Positions 16,784-20,000 of a DNA stretch of 20,000 bases are shown here, piece by piece. The notes beneath the pieces were generated by a model, which saw only the letters and a list, made by a program, of their open reading frames with translations, had not been told where the DNA came from and did not search any database. The first letter of the stretch is position 1. Every line of letters begins with the position of its first letter. This DNA comes from an uncultured virus (IMG/VR IMGVR_UViG_3300009703_000011) (taxonomy: Duplodnaviria > Heunggongvirae > Uroviricota > Caudoviricetes), in IMG/VR virus record IMGVR_UViG_3300009703_000011. One strand, 5' to 3'. Position numbers and translations under genes: made by a program.

Positions 16784-16940
16784 GGTAGAAAACCCTAGTT
16801 ATATTGGTCTACTAGGGGGGCTAACATTAATAACCCTACCATTGATAGGGATTGCTGCTATTATAGGCCTAGTTAAGACTATTGAGTTTTTAGATGAATC
16901 AGATGAAGACTCAAATCAAGATGAGGTTGATAATATATGA
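16737..16940 (+). CDS. small membrane protein
   Basis: Probable ATG 16737; one hydrophobic stretch (IGLLGGLTLITLPLIGIAAIIGLV) and an acidic tail; ATGA overlap with the next gene. Confidence 0.55.
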   Translation: MEEQLEQKSSELQNSEVENPSYIGLLGGLTLITLPLIGIAAIIGLVKTIEFLDESDEDSNQDEVDNI

Positions 16941-18373
16941 AGTGGACAAATGAAGAACTGGATCTTTTATCTAAATATCGTTCAGATATAAAACCAATAA
17001 GAGTCTATGAAGGCTACGTCTCAGAGTTTGGAGCAATTCGTTCCTACGATTCTGTACAGAAGAAGTTTAGAACTCTACGAGAGGATCTGGAACCAACTGA
17101 ACCTGAACTCCATGATGAGGATGATGAACAAGAAGATCAAACACCCTATGTCTTTGAGAAGTATAAGTATATCAAGGAAGCTGATGAGTATTGGATCCCA
17201 ACGAAGAGGGGGTTCTTACAAATTAGTGGTTCAAGAATCAGACAGCTAGTTAGCGACTACTCGAACTTTGGCGCAAAGAAAACCAGGAATGTAGTAGCTC
17301 GTGAGTTTGGCTGGGCTAGAGATGCCGTAATCGATGTCCTAAAGGTTCTTGGAAAGACACATGATTCTGCACCCTTTACAGATGAAGTATTACTAGAGGA
17401 GCCAGTTGAAGAACTAGTAGCTTCTTTGGTAAGAAAGAAAGAAGGTCGTGTAATTGCTAAGGCTGAAAGGTTAGAGCAGGTAGCTCTTGAGAAGAATGCG
17501 CTCAAGTGGCAAGAAATTGAACGAACAATCAAGAACGTGTTCGCCGATAAAGATTATCAATCACTATCAAAACAACCGGTTCTTAAGTTGAAGAAACCAG
17601 AGGTAGATTTTGATTTAGTTCTGTATCACACAGATGCACACGTAGGAAAATTAGCTCATGGCTGGAACTATGATGAGACTCGTAGGATCATTCTAGAAAC
17701 TGCAGAACGTGCACTTGCACATGCAACTGCCTATGGACAACCGAATCGTATCATTACTGGAATCGGTGGTGACTGGGCTAACATTGATACACCAGGACAC
17801 ACAACGACTAGGGGAACCCCACAGAATAGTAGCGCTGAGTGGTATGACATATTAGATGGTGCTAACCAGATCACTCTAGACCTCCTTAGATTACTGAGAC
17901 AGGCAGCTCCAGTTGCAGCCTATACAGTTCCAGGTAACCATGATCGTATGTGGAGCATGTTAGCAGGTTCCTGGTTGAACAGACTGTTTGAAGAAGATGA
18001 CCGTGTCGAAGTACATACTCATCAACATCGTCATTATATTGAATCAGGTAAGAATTTAATTATGCTTACACATGGTGATGGATGCAAACCACGAGAGTAC
18101 CCATCTATAATGGCTGCTGAATCTGCAGAGATATGGGGAAGAACTAAACATAGATATGTATATCATGGTCATCTACATCATGAAGTAGTGAGAGAGAGTC
18201 GTGGAGTAATTGTTACACAGATGCCCAGTATTACACCCGATGACAACTGGCATTTACATAGTGGTTATGTGGGAAACCGAAGAGCACTTACGGCACATGT
18301 ACATAATTATGAAGCAGGGCGTGTAGCTCAATTCAATATAGCAGTTAGCGATGATGGTGAAATACTAGGCTAA
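16937..18373 (+). CDS. calcineurin-like metallophosphoesterase with N-terminal Myb/HTH-like region
   Basis: D.H.G (TDAHVG), GGD, PGNHD, THGD, GHLHH; N-terminus KWT.EE..LL...RS..SV..K. Confidence 0.85.
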   Translation: MKWTNEELDLLSKYRSDIKPIRVYEGYVSEFGAIRSYDSVQKKFRTLREDLEPTEPELHDEDDEQEDQTPYVFEKYKYIKEADEYWIPTKRGFLQISGSRIRQLVSDYSNFGAKKTRNVVAREFGWARDAVIDVLKVLGKTHDSAPFTDEVLLEEPVEELVASLVRKKEGRVIAKAERLEQVALEKNALKWQEIERTIKNVFADKDYQSLSKQPVLKLKKPEVDFDLVLYHTDAHVGKLAHGWNYDETRRIILETAERALAHATAYGQPNRIITGIGGDWANIDTPGHTTTRGTPQNSSAEWYDILDGANQITLDLLRLLRQAAPVAAYTVPGNHDRMWSMLAGSWLNRLFEEDDRVEVHTHQHRHYIESGKNLIMLTHGDGCKPREYPSIMAAESAEIWGRTKHRYVYHGHLHHEVVRESRGVIVTQMPSITPDDNWHLHSGYVGNRRALTAHVHNYEAGRVAQFNIAVSDDGEILG

Positions 18374-18389
18374 CCATAGGAAGAAATCT

Positions 18390-19292
18390 GTGAGTAAAGA
18401 TTACCCAGAAGAGAGAGTACTAGATCATGGTTTTGTTAGACTTGTTGACAGTATGGGGGACGATGGGCGCGTGGTTGACGCTGCGCGTGTATCTTATAAA
18501 AAGGGAACTAAGAAAGTTTCAACCGATAGAGGTTTAATTCGATACCTCTTGAGGAAACTTCATACAACTCCCTTCGAGAAAGTCAGGTTTGAATTTCATG
18601 TAAAACTTCCAGTGTTTGTTGCTAGGCAATATATGAGACACAGGATGGGCACCTTCAATGAAGTCTCTGCAAGATACTCAGAGATGCCCGACGAGTTTTA
18701 TATACCTAACCCACTAAGAAAACAATCAAAGAATAACAAACAAGGATCATCCTCTCTTTCTGTAGATAAGATACTCGTTACCTCAGAATTTTCTGATGGT
18801 CATCTAGACTCTGAAATAAATCCTCAAGAATTTCTAATGGATTACTTTGACGATTCCTATGCTGTATATCAGCAGCTACTGGAATCTCATACAGCTCGCG
18901 AGTTAGCTCGTGGAGTCTTACCAGTAAATATCTATACAGAGTTCTACTGGACTGTTGATCTTTGGAACCTTATGCATTTTCTTAGATTAAGATTAGACTC
19001 TCATGCTCAGTATGAAATAAGAGTATATGCAGAAGCTATATATAAACTAATAAAAGAACACTGTGATTTAAATATGTCACTAGAAGCTTTCCAGGATTAT
19101 ATCCTAGACAAGCCCAATCTTACGAAATATGAAGTAGGCATTCTTGTAGACTTAGTTAAAAAGTTAAGGGCAACCTCTCTCATAGGAGCAGATATTACAG
19201 AGATAATATCTGAACAGCTAGATTTGAATAAAGAAATGAGTGATAGAGAAAAGAAAGAGAGTAGTCTTCTATATTTATTAAAAGATGACTAA
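18390..19292 (+). CDS. thyX: FAD-dependent thymidylate synthase
   Basis: AARVSY, HTTPFE, P.FVARQ..RHR...NE.SARY, RELAR.VLP, LR....AQ.EIR. Confidence 0.96.
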   Translation: MSKDYPEERVLDHGFVRLVDSMGDDGRVVDAARVSYKKGTKKVSTDRGLIRYLLRKLHTTPFEKVRFEFHVKLPVFVARQYMRHRMGTFNEVSARYSEMPDEFYIPNPLRKQSKNNKQGSSSLSVDKILVTSEFSDGHLDSEINPQEFLMDYFDDSYAVYQQLLESHTARELARGVLPVNIYTEFYWTVDLWNLMHFLRLRLDSHAQYEIRVYAEAIYKLIKEHCDLNMSLEAFQDYILDKPNLTKYEVGILVDLVKKLRATSLIGADITEIISEQLDLNKEMSDREKKESSLLYLLKDD

Positions 19293-19306
19293 TACAGGAT
19301 TTTAAA

Positions 19307-19486
19307 ATGAGTAAGTATGAAAGAGAAATCGATGAAGCAGGTGACGAGCGCCTGAAAACGGAGTCAATCGAGGTTTGCACAGAGCCAGATGATGATCCTG
19401 GCTGGCGTAAGCAGTACGAGGCAGCATGTCTCACCATTGCCGCAAATGCTTCAACGATAGCTGCCAGTGCGGCGGCTACGACTTAA
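19307..19486 (+). CDS. small hypothetical protein (59 aa), possibly chimeric
   Basis: ATG 19307 after AGGA; MSKYEREIDEAGDERLKTES...AAATT*; not in the ORF track. Confidence 0.5.
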   Translation: MSKYEREIDEAGDERLKTESIEVCTEPDDDPGWRKQYEAACLTIAANASTIAASAAATT

Positions 19487-19496
19487 GGAGAGTGTG

Positions 19497-19916
19497 ATGC
19501 ACCCAAACAAATATGAGAAGCTCCCCCCCGGCACGTTGGCGAAAATGAGAACCGAGCGCGACGAAGCCCGCGCAGAGGTCGAGCGACTGAAGGAAGGATT
19601 AGATGCATGGGCAGCCGAGGCCGTAAAAATAGATAATGAGCGCAAAGTTCTAACCGCGCAGCTGGCGACGGTGGTTGAGGCACTAGAATCAGCGCGCAGG
19701 TGTTTGACAGCATCGCCCCGTGACTGGGCTGCAACGTCACGAGACGCTTGGTTATGGGGGTTGCTGGTTGGTTGGGGGCCCGAATCAATAAACGAGGATC
19801 TTAAATCCAGGTGCGGGTGGTCACCGGACGATATCGCCAGGCTTGGGCGGCTGCGTCTCGCAATAGACACCCTCGACGCCACCAATACCGAGGAGGATAC
19901 CGATGGCGAAGGATGA
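19497..19916 (+). CDS. hypothetical phage protein with coiled coil (ERDEARAEVERL)
   Basis: SD AAGGAG 19485-19490, ATG 19497; GC-rich codon usage unlike the rest of the window. Confidence 0.75.
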   Translation: MHPNKYEKLPPGTLAKMRTERDEARAEVERLKEGLDAWAAEAVKIDNERKVLTAQLATVVEALESARRCLTASPRDWAATSRDAWLWGLLVGWGPESINEDLKSRCGWSPDDIARLGRLRLAIDTLDATNTEEDTDGEG

Positions 19917-19983
19917 ACTTGAAGCAGTCAACGTGACATGGAGCGCGGCGTTTTTGAAGACACCGAGGAAAAGTGATGAATAA
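19903..19983 (+). CDS. 26-aa ORF, probable truncated gene remnant
   Basis: Strong SD GAGGAGG 19890-19896 and ATG 19903; stops early where the composition returns to AT-rich. Confidence 0.4.
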   Translation: MAKDELEAVNVTWSAAFLKTPRKSDE

Positions 19984-20000
19984 AAAAGAGTTTACAAGAA
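19976..20000 (+). CDS. 5' start of a downstream gene (partial)
   Basis: SD GAGGA 19965-19969, then ATG AAT AAA AAA GAG TTT ACA AGA open to the window end. Confidence 0.45.

Noticed and set aside
1034..19885. Minus-strand and short alternate-frame ORFs in the track (e.g. 1034-1339, 7734-8030, 13209-13436, 14820-15065, 19451-19885)
   Set aside because: They are shadows of well-supported plus-strand genes with no motifs. Only the 14615-15478 overlap has independent domain evidence.
1..20000. CRISPR arrays, tRNA/rRNA genes, IS elements, long direct repeats
   Set aside because: None seen; intergenic gaps are nearly all under 80 nt and I found no repeated units or transposase motifs by eye.

Overview
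All-plus-strand, densely packed replication, recombination and nucleotide-metabolism region, most likely from a large dsDNA bacteriophage (AT-rich, roughly 40% GC by eye, standard code 11). In order it holds a plant-like Whirly ssDNA-binding protein, an RNase HI-like gene, a divergent SSB, a Ycf46-type AAA+ ATPase/DUF1257/DUF2997 module interrupted by a frameshifted LAGLIDADG endonuclease, a terminator, a radical SAM gene, a possible UvsY-like mediator, a 5'(3')-deoxyribonucleotidase, a dNMP kinase, recA, a fragmented dnaE, a metallophosphoesterase, thyX and a GC-rich mosaic segment. The dnaE locus is the most unusual part. (i) The PHP motif HLH-VHS is broken by an 8-nt stop-containing insert directly after a 13-bp hairpin (candidate ribosomal bypass or micro-intron). 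(ii) PHP and polymerase core are separate genes with two ORFs between them. (iii) The core carries a Thr1 intein whose interior encodes a DUF559/Vsr-like endonuclease in the +1 frame with its own Shine-Dalgarno while the intein frame stays open. (iv) The C-terminal HhH/OB part is in another frame. All family calls come from motif recognition by eye; no database searches were run.
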